A stretch of DNA of 64,000 nt from Spirochaetota bacterium (GTDB lineage: Bacteria; Spirochaetota; UBA12135; COTS27; CAXSBA01): NCBI GenBank assembly GCA_965277105.1, contig OZ255710.1, forward strand, positions 1,359,042-1,423,041, read 5' to 3'. Every line of letters starts with the position of its first letter. The stretch's first letter is position 1. The notes under the pieces are model-generated. The model made no database searches and was not told where the DNA came from. It was given only the letters and a program-made list of their open reading frames with translations. Below, piece by piece: positions 31,836-40,976 of the stretch. Position numbers and translations under genes: made by a program.

Positions 31836-31855
31836 AAACATTTACGAAAATGTTT
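31836..31855 (-). terminator. rplL-rpoB intergenic attenuator-like hairpin
   Basis: On the minus strand AAACATTT-TCGT-AAATGTTT is followed by TTTAT. The position matches the partial terminator known between rplL and rpoB in E. coli. Confidence 0.4.
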
Positions 31856-31883
31856 ATGGATGAGAGTTGATTAAAAGGAAAGA

Positions 31884-32252
31884 TTATTGAAGCTCCACTA
31901 GAGCGCCAGCGCCCTCTAGCTTTTTTTTCATTTCTTCAGCTCCAGCTTTATCTACGTTTTCTTTTAATGGCTTTCCTACTGCTTCAGTAAACTCTTTGGC
32001 TTCTTTTAAGCCCACTCCTAAAATTGCTTTCACCTCTTTAATTACAGCTATTTTATTGGAACCTATTTCTTTAATAACCACATTAAACGCACTTTTCTCC
32101 TCGGCTGCCCCAGCGCTATCCCCACCTCCGGCAACTGCCACAGGAGCACCTGAGACGTTGAATTTTTCTTTTAAAGCCTCTACTAAATCATTAAGCTCTA
32201 ACACACTCATTCCTTCAATTTCTTTTATAAAATCTTCTTTTGTCAATGCCAT
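31884..32252 (-). CDS. rplL: 50S ribosomal protein L7/L12
   Basis: 122 aa; Ala/Gly hinge and a C-terminal domain of ...[21 protein letters not shown] type. Confidence 0.95.
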   Translation of the reverse strand: MALTKEDFIKEIEGMSVLELNDLVEALKEKFNVSGAPVAVAGGGDSAGAAEEKSAFNVVIKEIGSNKIAVIKEVKAILGVGLKEAKEFTEAVGKPLKENVDKAGAEEMKKKLEGAGALVELQ

Positions 32253-32293
32253 TTTTTTTTATCCTATTAGTTTAATTTTTAAATAAAATTTAT

Positions 32294-32806
32294 TTAAGAA
32301 GAAGTTTCTTTATTTTTTTCTTCTTCTTTATTGCTTTTGATATCATCTAAGACATAAACCAAGTTAGCAACCACCCCTTGCAAACAGCCCACCAAGACGC
32401 CATACATTTGTTCTTTAGATAGAAGAGCAGCGTATTTTCTAACTTCCTTATCATCTAACACATTGCCTTCAAAAAAGCCCGCCTTGATTTTGACTTTTTC
32501 AGCTTTTTCTGCTTGATAAATGCTTTTACTAATATCAATAAACTTCTCATCTTCTCCAAAAGCCACTGCGGTCATGCCTTTAAAAATGCTTTTATCAAAA
32601 TCCATTTTTTTGGCTTCAACCACTTTTTCAAAAAGAGTGTTTTTCATTACTTTGATAGTAGCCTCATTTTCCCTTAGCTTATTCCTTATTTCAGTAATCT
32701 CTTCAACTTTGATTCCTTCGTAATCCATAAAAATGAAAGACTTTTTGTCAAGGACTTCTTGAAAATCATTAACTTTTTGTTTTTTTAATTCTTGGTTTTT
32801 TGACAT
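32294..32806 (-). CDS. rplJ: 50S ribosomal protein L10
   Basis: 170 aa; position between rplA and rplL, L10-like sequence. Confidence 0.9.
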   Translation of the reverse strand: MSKNQELKKQKVNDFQEVLDKKSFIFMDYEGIKVEEITEIRNKLRENEATIKVMKNTLFEKVVEAKKMDFDKSIFKGMTAVAFGEDEKFIDISKSIYQAEKAEKVKIKAGFFEGNVLDDKEVRKYAALLSKEQMYGVLVGCLQGVVANLVYVLDDIKSNKEEEKNKETSS

Positions 32807-32811
32807 GTTGG

Positions 32812-33486
32812 TTATACTGCTTTTTTATCTAAAGAAATACTCTTACCCATAGTGGTGGTTAGGGAAATCGATTGGATATACTCTCCTTTCAAATCGCTAG
32901 GTTTTTTTTTCATAACCTGACTAAAAAGCTCCTTATAATTCTCAACAATAGCTTCAGGAGGCATAGACTTTTTCCCAATCGAAAAGTTTAGATTACCATT
33001 AGCATCAGCCCGAAATTCTTTTCTACCCGCTTTAACTTCCTTGATTGCTTCAGCAATGTTTTCGGTTACCGTCTTTGTTTTAGGGTTAGGCATCAATCCT
33101 TTACTTCCTAAAATTCTAGCCACTCGGGCAATGTCTTTCATCATATTAGGCGTGGTTATCGCCACATCAAAATCAAGCCATCCTTTACTAATTTTATCGA
33201 TAAACTCTTGATTACCAATAAAGTCGGCCCCGGCATTTTTGGCTTCTTCTATTTTATCTTCTTTGACTATAGCTAAAACTTTTTTCGTCTTACCAAAAGC
33301 ATGAGGGAAAGAAACCGTATCTCTAATCGTGTGTTTTTTTTGGATATTAAACTTTATCGAGACATCTATACTTTCTTCAAACTTAGCGGTAGCCATATCT
33401 TTTATTTTTACTACCCCCGAATGCAGATCGTTAAATTTTTCTCGTATATCTTCTAACTTTTTATATCTTTTACTTAATTTTTTCAT
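32812..33486 (-). CDS. rplA: 50S ribosomal protein L1
   Basis: 224 aa; [16 protein letters not shown] motif. Confidence 0.95.
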   Translation of the reverse strand: MKKLSKRYKKLEDIREKFNDLHSGVVKIKDMATAKFEESIDVSIKFNIQKKHTIRDTVSFPHAFGKTKKVLAIVKEDKIEEAKNAGADFIGNQEFIDKISKGWLDFDVAITTPNMMKDIARVARILGSKGLMPNPKTKTVTENIAEAIKEVKAGRKEFRADANGNLNFSIGKKSMPPEAIVENYKELFSQVMKKKPSDLKGEYIQSISLTTTMGKSISLDKKAV

Positions 33487-33917
33487 TTTTTATTTTCTAC
33501 CAAAACCCCCATGCTTCTAGCAGTACCAGCAATAACTTTCTTAGCATGCTCTAAGTCAAAAGCGTTCAGGTCATCCATTTTATTTTTAGCGATTTCCTCT
33601 AATTGCTCATCGGTCAAAGTAGCGACTTTGTTTTTATTAGGCTCAGCCGAACCTTTAGGCAAGTTTAAGGCTTTTTTAATCAGAACAGAAGCCGGTGGTT
33701 TTTTAAGGGAAAAACTATAACTCCTATCTTCATAAATATTAATCACCACTGGCACAATCATACCGGCCTGATCTTTAGTTTTATCGTTGTACTCTTTACA
33801 GAAGTTGGCCATATTAATTCCCGTTGGCCCTAAAGCGGTACCTACTGGTGGCGCCGGGGTTGCTTTGCCTGCTTCTAATTGCAGCTTAATAACTTTTGTT
33901 GGTTTTTTATCAGCCAT
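33483..33917 (-). CDS. rplK: 50S ribosomal protein L11
   Basis: 144 aa; motif [25 protein letters not shown]. Confidence 0.95.
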   Translation of the reverse strand: MADKKPTKVIKLQLEAGKATPAPPVGTALGPTGINMANFCKEYNDKTKDQAGMIVPVVINIYEDRSYSFSLKKPPASVLIKKALNLPKGSAEPNKNKVATLTDEQLEEIAKNKMDDLNAFDLEHAKKVIAGTARSMGVLVENKK

Positions 33918-33920
33918 ATT

Positions 33921-34529
33921 TTATTGCTTCTTAACTTTATAATAATCTATTTCTACTGGGGTTTCTCGCCCAAATATTTCAATACTCACGCTTACTTTAC
34001 CTTTCTCAGGAGAAATCGCTTTAACCGTCCCCGAGAAATTGTTGAAAGGCCCATCCACTATGAGAATTTTCTGCCCTATACTAAAATCAAATTCCACAGG
34101 AAAATTATCCGGAGTTTCTTCTTGGCTTCTCGAAAGCACCATACTCATTTCGTTTTTAGATAATGGAACTGGCAATTGATCTTGCCTAGCCAAAAATCCA
34201 GAGATAAAGCTACAACTACTCACATAGTTTTTAGACTCTAAATCCATCACCATATGAACGCAGATATAACCAGGGAAAGATTTTTTTTCAACTTTTCTTT
34301 TTTTCCCGTTTTTATAAACCGTTTCCTTGTAAATAGGAACAATGACTTCATCAATTTTTTTATAGTTATCATGAGCGACGCTTTTTTCAAGGGCTTTTTT
34401 AGCATCAAACTCCTTGCCGGATTGGGTGTGAACGATATACCATTTATAGTCACTTTCGTTTTCGTTTATCTGGTTGTTATTTAAACTTTCTTCCATATTT
34501 TCTTCTATATTTTCCTTTGCCTTTACCAC
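33921..34529 (-). CDS. nusG: Transcription termination/antitermination factor NusG
   Basis: 202 aa; NGN motif WYIVHTQSGKE and C-terminal KOW. The track start is GTG, overlapping secE by 7 nt. An ATG at 34496 is an alternative start. Confidence 0.9.
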   Translation of the reverse strand: MVKAKENIEENMEESLNNNQINENESDYKWYIVHTQSGKEFDAKKALEKSVAHDNYKKIDEVIVPIYKETVYKNGKKRKVEKKSFPGYICVHMVMDLESKNYVSSCSFISGFLARQDQLPVPLSKNEMSMVLSRSQEETPDNFPVEFDFSIGQKILIVDGPFNNFSGTVKAISPEKGKVSVSIEIFGRETPVEIDYYKVKKQ

Positions 34530-34828
34530 TTCCTAAACTTTGCTCTTATTCGATTATAAAGAACAACACCAATTACTAGAAAAACAACCATCATAATATA
34601 ACTAAATTCCGTTACATAAACTTTTAAAAAATTCACGTTATCCACCACAATAAATCGGATAATTCGGGCAGAGGCAAGGTCAACTAAATATAAACATAAC
34701 GATAAAATCACTAAAGAAACACAAACAACGATGGTCGTATTAAGGACGTCATCCCGGTTAGGCCAAGTGGTTTTTTCTTTTATTTCCACATAAACTTCTT
34801 TTAAAAATTGTTTTAACTTCTTTATCAT
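34523..34828 (-). CDS. secE: Preprotein translocase subunit SecE, with C-terminal extension
   Basis: 101 aa; the N-terminal FLKEVYVEIKEKTTWPNRDDV plus TM is the SecE core. Canonical tRNA-Trp-secE-nusG synteny. There is an extra hydrophobic segment at the C-terminus. Confidence 0.8.
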   Translation of the reverse strand: MIKKLKQFLKEVYVEIKEKTTWPNRDDVLNTTIVVCVSLVILSLCLYLVDLASARIIRFIVVDNVNFLKVYVTEFSYIMMVVFLVIGVVLYNRIRAKFRKW

Positions 34829-34849
34829 TGCTTTTGGAGTGTATTAGTG

Positions 34850-34921
34850 CGAGCCAGGAAGGATTCGAACCCTCACACATGGAGTTGGAGTCCACTGCTC
34901 TACCATTGGAGCTACTGGCTC
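34850..34921 (-). tRNA. trnW: tRNA-Trp (anticodon CCA)
   Basis: Hand-folded cloverleaf: GAGCCAG-TA-GCTC-CAATGGTA-GAGC-A-GTGGA-CTCCAAC-TCCAT-GTGT-GAGGG-TTCGAAT-CCTTC-CTGGCTC-G. The 3' CCA is not encoded. Confidence 0.9.
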
Positions 34922-35344
34922 ATTTTATGGTTTTCAGCAAACCCTTTTTAAAAAGATACTTATCTCCTCCCTTTTAATAAAAATACTTAGTCTAAAAATC
35001 TATAAAAATAACTAGCTTTTAAAAAATTAAAGTATGAATTTTTTTATCTATTTTAATAAAAAACGTTGTTAATTATAGTATGAAATAGATAAATTTGTCA
35101 ATAAATTGTCTGCTAATAGTTATTTTTCCCGTTTTTTTTCGCTGTTTTCTTATTAAACCTGGCTTATTTTAAGGATTTTTTTACTTTTTTTAGCCTATAA
35201 TTAATTTTAATATCATTTTTAAAAGAAATAAGCAAAAAAGTTCTAATAAATTTAATTTTTCATGATTTAAACTAAACGTATAATATGAAAAAAAATAATT
35301 CTATACTATAATTTCTGAAAGGCTTAGTTTTTAGTTAATTTTTA

Positions 35345-38275
35345 ATGGAAAAAATATTTTCAACTTTAAAGGAGGAATTATCCGGGGGCATTCGTTTTGA
35401 TAATATCAGCAAAGCCCTTTACGCTACCGATGCCTCCGTCTATCGAGAAATTCCCTTAGGGGTTGCCTACCCTAAAAGCACTGATGATATAAAATTACTA
35501 GTTCAAGCAGCCAAAAACAATAACTTCTCCCTTATCCCGCGAACAGCAGGGACTTCGCTAGCTGGACAATGCGTAGGAAAAGGCCTAGTGGTAGATGTTT
35601 CTAAACAATTTAATACAATACTAGAAATCAATGAAAAAGAAAAATGGGTGCGAGTGCAACCTGGAGTTATTAGGGACGAACTCAATCATCACTTAGAACC
35701 CTTAGGGCTTTTTTTTGCTCCAGTTACCTCTACTTCTAACCGAGCTATGATTGGGGGGATGGTTGGGAATAACTCAACGGGGACCAACTCCATCTCTTAT
35801 GGCTCAACAAGGGATCACGTTATTAGCATGCAAGTGATATTAAGCGATGGCAATGAAACTACTTTCAAAGCCCTTAGCAAAGAAGAGTTCATCGAAAAAA
35901 CTAAGCTAAAAAATTTAGAAGGGGAGCTTTATCGGCAAATAAAAGAAATGCTAGATAACCCCCATAATCAAAAAAATATTGAAAAATTCTTCCCCAAAGC
36001 CACTATTCACCGGAGGAATACCGGCTATGCTCTTGATTCCTTATTGCAGAGTAATCTTTTTTTAGAACAAGGGAAAGATTTTAACTTCTGTGAGCTTCTT
36101 TGCGGATCAGAAGGCACGCTAGCTTTTACCACCGAAATAAAACTTAGCCTTAATCCTCTCCCCCCTCCTTACAACGTCGTGGTAGCGGCTCATTTTAACA
36201 CCATTTACGAAAGCATGAAAGCCACTCAAGTAGCTATGCAGTTTAACCCTTCTGCTTGCGAATTGATGGACAAAATAATTTTAGACTGCACCAAAGACAA
36301 CTTACTCCAAAGAAAAAATCGCTACTTTATCGAAGGGGACCCAAAGGCGGTTTTACTTATTGAATTTAAAAAAGAAACCCTCGCAAAGGCAAATAAAAAA
36401 GCTGACGAACTTATCGAAAAAATGAAAAACAGCCAGCTTGGTTATGCTTTTCCTAAAATTCCTTCGCCGGCTAGTAAAAAAGTTTGGGAGCTTAGGAGTG
36501 CGGGATTGGGCTTACTTGCTAATGTCCCTGGTGATAAAAAAACCGTTGCCTGCATTGAAGACACCGCCGTAGCTTTAGAAGACTTAGCTGATTACATTAA
36601 AGAGTTTGAAGAAATGATGAAAGAGTTTGGGCAAGAAAGCGTTTACTACGCCCATGCTGGAGCTGGGGAAATTCACTTAAGGCCTATTCTCAACTTAAAA
36701 ACTGCCCAAGGGGTAAAAGACTTTTACACAATATCGAAAGCTAGCGCCCTATTAGTTAAAAAATACCATGGCTCACTTAGCGGGGAACATGGCGATGGCA
36801 GGGTGCGGGCTTCTTTTATTCCTCTAGTTTTAGGAGAAGAAAACTATGAGCTTTTTAAAAGCATAAAAAAAATCTGGGACCCCCAAAATATTTTTAACCC
36901 CGGTAAAATCGTTGATGCTCCTCCAATGGACACTTCTCTTCGCTATGAAAAAGACCTTACCCTTGCTCCTTTAAACACCTTATTCGATTTCTCTAAAACA
37001 GAGGGGATACTTCGAATGGCCGAGAAGTGTAATGGATCAGGAGATTGTCGCAAACTTCCTTTCTCTGGTGGGACTATGTGTCCAAGCTATCAGGCTACTA
37101 GAAACGAGAAAGATACCACAAGAGCCAGGGCAAATACTTTAAGAGAATTTCTGACTAAAAACCAAAAGCAAGGGAAAGCAAATCCATTTAATAGCAAAGA
37201 AATAAAAGAAGTGATGGATTTATGCTTAGCCTGCAAAGGATGTTTATCCGAGTGCCCGTCTAACGTAGATGTGGCTAGTTTAAAAGCGGAGTTTTTGCAT
37301 CAATATTATAAGTCCAATAAAATTCCTCTAAGGAACTACTTTTTTTCTGAAATATTTAGATTAAATAAGTTAGGTAACTCTTTTCGGTTTTTCACCAATT
37401 TTATTTTCAAAAACTCCTGGACAAGTTATTTTTTAAAATCATTTTTAAAAATAGCTCCCGAGCGCTCAATCCCTTTATTAACCGGAGATACTTTCAAATG
37501 GTATCAAAAAAATTATCAAAAGCACATCCCTAAGAATCCTAAAAAAACCGTTTATTTATTTTGCGATGAATTCACTCGCTATAACGATTCACTTATTGGG
37601 ATAAAAACTATAAAACTATTAAGCGCACTAGATTACCAAGTAAAAATGATTGACCATCAAGAAAGTGGAAGGGCAGCTATTTCTAAGGGCTTTTTAACCA
37701 AAGCTAAAAAACTAGCAGAAGATAATGTTCGTTTATTTGGAGGCATCATTTCTGAAAAAACCCCACTAATCGGAATAGAACCTTCGGCTATTTTAAGTTT
37801 TAGAGATGAATACCCTAGGCTAGTAAGATCTAATTATCGCCCAATGGCTGAAAAGTTAAAAAAAAATGCCTTGCTTATTGATGAGTTTTTAGCTAATGAA
37901 ATTGACAAAGGAAATATTGATTCTAATAAATTTACTGAAAATAATCAGGAAATTCTCTTGCACGGGCATTGCCATCAAAAAGCTCTTTCTAGCATCTCGC
38001 TAACCGAAAAACTATTATCACTCCCAAAAAACTATCAAGTAAAAACCATCTCTAGTGGGTGCTGTGGTATGGCTGGCTCTTTTGGTTATGAAAAAGAACA
38101 CTATGCTATTAGTCAGCAAATAGGAGAGTTAGTTTTATTCCCTGCGCTTAGAAAAGCAAAGGGAGAAGTGATAGTTTCCGCCCCAGGAATTAGCTGCCGC
38201 CACCAAATTGCTTTGGGAACGAAACGAAGTGCTTCTCATCCCGTAGAGATTATGTGGGAAGCTTTAATAAAATAA
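35345..38275 (+). CDS. ydiJ: FAD-binding plus Fe-S (CCG-domain) fusion oxidoreductase, YdiJ / Dld-II-like D-2-hydroxyacid dehydrogenase
   Basis: 976 aa; N-terminal FAD_binding_4-type region (PRTAGTSLAGQ), a 4Fe-4S motif (CLACKGCLSECP) and a C-terminal CCG motif (SGCCGMAGSFGYE). Same architecture as E. coli YdiJ. Confidence 0.75.
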   Translation: MEKIFSTLKEELSGGIRFDNISKALYATDASVYREIPLGVAYPKSTDDIKLLVQAAKNNNFSLIPRTAGTSLAGQCVGKGLVVDVSKQFNTILEINEKEKWVRVQPGVIRDELNHHLEPLGLFFAPVTSTSNRAMIGGMVGNNSTGTNSISYGSTRDHVISMQVILSDGNETTFKALSKEEFIEKTKLKNLEGELYRQIKEMLDNPHNQKNIEKFFPKATIHRRNTGYALDSLLQSNLFLEQGKDFNFCELLCGSEGTLAFTTEIKLSLNPLPPPYNVVVAAHFNTIYESMKATQVAMQFNPSACELMDKIILDCTKDNLLQRKNRYFIEGDPKAVLLIEFKKETLAKANKKADELIEKMKNSQLGYAFPKIPSPASKKVWELRSAGLGLLANVPGDKKTVACIEDTAVALEDLADYIKEFEEMMKEFGQESVYYAHAGAGEIHLRPILNLKTAQGVKDFYTISKASALLVKKYHGSLSGEHGDGRVRASFIPLVLGEENYELFKSIKKIWDPQNIFNPGKIVDAPPMDTSLRYEKDLTLAPLNTLFDFSKTEGILRMAEKCNGSGDCRKLPFSGGTMCPSYQATRNEKDTTRARANTLREFLTKNQKQGKANPFNSKEIKEVMDLCLACKGCLSECPSNVDVASLKAEFLHQYYKSNKIPLRNYFFSEIFRLNKLGNSFRFFTNFIFKNSWTSYFLKSFLKIAPERSIPLLTGDTFKWYQKNYQKHIPKNPKKTVYLFCDEFTRYNDSLIGIKTIKLLSALDYQVKMIDHQESGRAAISKGFLTKAKKLAEDNVRLFGGIISEKTPLIGIEPSAILSFRDEYPRLVRSNYRPMAEKLKKNALLIDEFLANEIDKGNIDSNKFTENNQEILLHGHCHQKALSSISLTEKLLSLPKNYQVKTISSGCCGMAGSFGYEKEHYAISQQIGELVLFPALRKAKGEVIVSAPGISCRHQIALGTKRSASHPVEIMWEALIK

Positions 38276-38300
38276 AGTTTTAATTAATTTATTAAAACTT
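38275..38300. terminator. AT-only hairpin spanning the convergent ydiJ-like and HOT gene ends
   Basis: AAGTTTTAAT / ATTAAAACTT forms a 10-bp stem with a 6-nt loop between the two stop codons. There is no clean T-run on the plus strand. Confidence 0.3.
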
Positions 38301-39631
38301 TACCACATAGTAAGCGACTCTTGGAAAAGCTTTCTTAAATCTTCTTTAGTAACTGGTTCTGGCTTAGGCGAGTTATCCAAAAGCCTTTTTTGCGGGAAAG
38401 TAGCTTCGGTTAAGGCATCTAGGTCATCTTCATTATACCCTAACGCACTAAGCCCGTTAGGAAGACCGGTTTGTTGCGCCATCTCGACAATTTTATCTGC
38501 TAAAACATCTCCAGCATTTTCTAAGCTGATATCCCCTTCTAATATTTTAGGGTCGGTATCACCAATGGCTTTAACTACATTTAAATGCCTCTCGGGACAA
38601 TATTTAGCGTAGTTTCTAAACACCGCCGGTGAGTTAACAATAACCGACAGGCCATGAGGGATAAGAGGATGTTTTTCTGGCCAGCCGTTTAATTTATAAT
38701 CTTTAACCAATCCCGATACCGCATAAGACATCCCATGAGGAATATGGCAACCAGTATTTCCAAAACCTATTCCAGCCAAGGTCCCTGCTAGCATCAGTTC
38801 ATCTAACCCTTTTTCCCTTGCTTCCCCTTTGCCATTTACCGTATCCACCAAAACTCGCCCCATAATGCGAATAGCCTCCAAACAAGCGACATCCCCAAAA
38901 GGATTAGCGCCTTGAGTGGCTGGGCGTTTATTTGGCTCTTCAGGGACTGGTCTTCTTGTATAAGGTCGTGCAGTATAAGATTCGCAGGCATGAGAAAAGA
39001 CATCAAAACCATTAGCAGCAACCACATTTTTCGGAAGAGAATACAGGGAAGTCGGGTCGAGTATTCCTAAAACCGGTCGAAGAGCGGGGTGCATAATCCC
39101 CGTTTTGGCTTTTAGTGGCAGATAATCAAAAACCGAGATAGCCGTACATTCACTAGCGGTGCCAAAAGTAGTGGTACAGGCAATAAGTGGCTTTAATGGG
39201 CCGGGGATTTTCTTAGCCTGACCTAAAGGAGCATTAACATAAGCTAATAAATCATCGGGGTAAGTAGAATAAAGGTTAGCCGCTTTAGTTGTATCAATAA
39301 CCGAGCCCCCGCCTACGGTAACAAATCCATCAAAATTATTTTTAACCGTAAAGTCAATAGCTTCTTTAAGCGATTCATCGGTAGGTTCGACTAAAATCTG
39401 ATCGTAAATTTCAAAGTTGATATTGTACTTATTTAAAGATTCTTTAACTTGCTTAAAGCACTCTTGCTGACTAATGAATGGGTCAGTATAAAGGCCGAGT
39501 TTTTTTATATTAAGTTGCTTAACATCATAACCAACTTCTTTTAAAGCACCCTTGCCAATTTTTAATTTGCTATTATCTACGGTAAAAACCGTGTCCCCGC
39601 CGGGGTAATGTTTAAAGTATGATTCACTCAT
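38300..39631 (-). CDS. Iron-containing alcohol dehydrogenase family, hydroxyacid-oxoacid transhydrogenase (ADHFE1-like)
   Basis: 443 aa. Long collinear similarity to ADHFE1/HOT as I recall it: GGGSVIDTTKAANL, PLKPLIA, GILDP, NGFDVFSHACESYT, QGANP, AGIGFGNTGCH.PHGMSY.VSGLVK, HPLIPHGLSV, PERHL. Confidence 0.7.
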   Translation of the reverse strand: MSESYFKHYPGGDTVFTVDNSKLKIGKGALKEVGYDVKQLNIKKLGLYTDPFISQQECFKQVKESLNKYNINFEIYDQILVEPTDESLKEAIDFTVKNNFDGFVTVGGGSVIDTTKAANLYSTYPDDLLAYVNAPLGQAKKIPGPLKPLIACTTTFGTASECTAISVFDYLPLKAKTGIMHPALRPVLGILDPTSLYSLPKNVVAANGFDVFSHACESYTARPYTRRPVPEEPNKRPATQGANPFGDVACLEAIRIMGRVLVDTVNGKGEAREKGLDELMLAGTLAGIGFGNTGCHIPHGMSYAVSGLVKDYKLNGWPEKHPLIPHGLSVIVNSPAVFRNYAKYCPERHLNVVKAIGDTDPKILEGDISLENAGDVLADKIVEMAQQTGLPNGLSALGYNEDDLDALTEATFPQKRLLDNSPKPEPVTKEDLRKLFQESLTMW

Positions 39632-39695
39632 ATGAAAGTTTCCTTTGTTAAAAATTTATTTTATGTTTTTTATTTTTCTTAATTTTTTTTATTTT

Positions 39696-40976
39696 TTATC
39701 TTGTGGGAATTAACATAGTGCTAAGGGCCGGCACTAAAGCAATAATGAACCAAGCCAACATTAGAATAAAGAGATAGGGCAAGGTATGTTTGACTAGCCT
39801 AAAATAGGGAATCCCCGTAATCCCACTAGCCACATAAAGGTTGAGCCCATAAGGAGGAGTGATAAAACCAATAGCATCTCCTACTAAAAAGATAACCGCA
39901 AAATGGACTGGGTCGATACCCACACTAGCAGCTACCGGAGCTATGATTGGAGCTAGGATAATCACATCAGGAAGGCTTTCTAAAAAAGTTCCTGTAATAA
40001 ACACTAACAACATACAGAAAAATAAAACTGGGTAATACCCTCCTAGAGAAGTGATAAACTCAGCGACAATTTCTCTAATGCCAATGATAGAAAGAATCTG
40101 CTGCATCACAACCGAAACTGCAATAAGTGGGGCTAAAAGACCGGTAATCTGCCCCGAGCGAAGCATAATTTTAGGGAGTTGTTTTAATTTTAGATTACGA
40201 GTAATAAAAATCCCCGCTAGAATACAAAAGCCTACTGTTACTCCAGCCGCTTCCGTAGGAGAAAAGATTCCCCCGTAAATACCTAAGAGCACAATCCCAA
40301 TAGCCAAAAAACCTAACCAAGCCTGTCCGCCTTTTTTGATTACATCAACTGGCTTAAAGGGAATAATTTTCCCCCAGTTATTCCTTTTAGAAACAAAGTA
40401 ACACGCAAGCATCATCGCCACTACCATTAATGTTCCTGGTAAAAATCCTCCGATAAATAAATCGGTAATAGAGATTTGCATTAAAAACCCATAAACAATG
40501 AAAATAATACTTGGCGGGATAATAATTCCCACAGTTCCTCCCGAAGCAATGGTAGCAGCAGCGAAATGCTTATCATAACCTTTTTCTACCATATCTTTAT
40601 AAGTAATCGAGCCAATGGTGGCAGTAGTAGCTGTATTCGATCCTGAAATGGCCGAAAACACCCCACTAGCTGCTAAAGTCGACATTCCTAGCCCCCCACG
40701 AATCCATCCCAAAGCAGAATAAGAAAAATTAGTAAGACGTTTAGCAATCCCGGTACTGTTGATTAGATCACCGGTAAGGATAAAAAGCGGCAAAGCTAAC
40801 AAACCAAAAAAATTAAGCCCCTCAAAAAGCGAAACTCCTATATTAGCTAAGGTAAAATCAATAAAATAACTAACAAGGAGCACCCATAACCCAATAATAA
40901 GGAATATAGGAAGCCCCACAATAAATAAAAATGTAGCAACTAAAGAAGAGATAATAATAGCAGTACTATTGTCCAT
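39696..40976 (-). CDS. dctM: TRAP transporter large permease (DctM family)
   Basis: 426 aa, about 12 TM, typical DctM length and composition; operon context with Q and P. Confidence 0.85.
   Translation of the reverse strand: MDNSTAIIISSLVATFLFIVGLPIFLIIGLWVLLVSYFIDFTLANIGVSLFEGLNFFGLLALPLFILTGDLINSTGIAKRLTNFSYSALGWIRGGLGMSTLAASGVFSAISGSNTATTATIGSITYKDMVEKGYDKHFAAATIASGGTVGIIIPPSIIFIVYGFLMQISITDLFIGGFLPGTLMVVAMMLACYFVSKRNNWGKIIPFKPVDVIKKGGQAWLGFLAIGIVLLGIYGGIFSPTEAAGVTVGFCILAGIFITRNLKLKQLPKIMLRSGQITGLLAPLIAVSVVMQQILSIIGIREIVAEFITSLGGYYPVLFFCMLLVFITGTFLESLPDVIILAPIIAPVAASVGIDPVHFAVIFLVGDAIGFITPPYGLNLYVASGITGIPYFRLVKHTLPYLFILMLAWFIIALVPALSTMLIPTR

Noticed and set aside
35045-35091. A perfect 9-bp inverted repeat (TATCTATTT ... 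AAATAGATA, 29-nt spacer) in the 423-nt tRNA-Trp / ydiJ-like divergent intergenic region.
   Set aside because: It is a single all-A/T-dominated inverted repeat in a 400-nt AT-rich spacer, which is close to chance expectation. No second copy or associated regulator is present.
34922-35344. An expected rpmG (L33) or tuf gene upstream of tRNA-Trp/secE, as in many bacteria.
   Set aside because: Hand translation of the minus strand gives only ORFs of 12 codons or fewer. No L33-like sequence is present.
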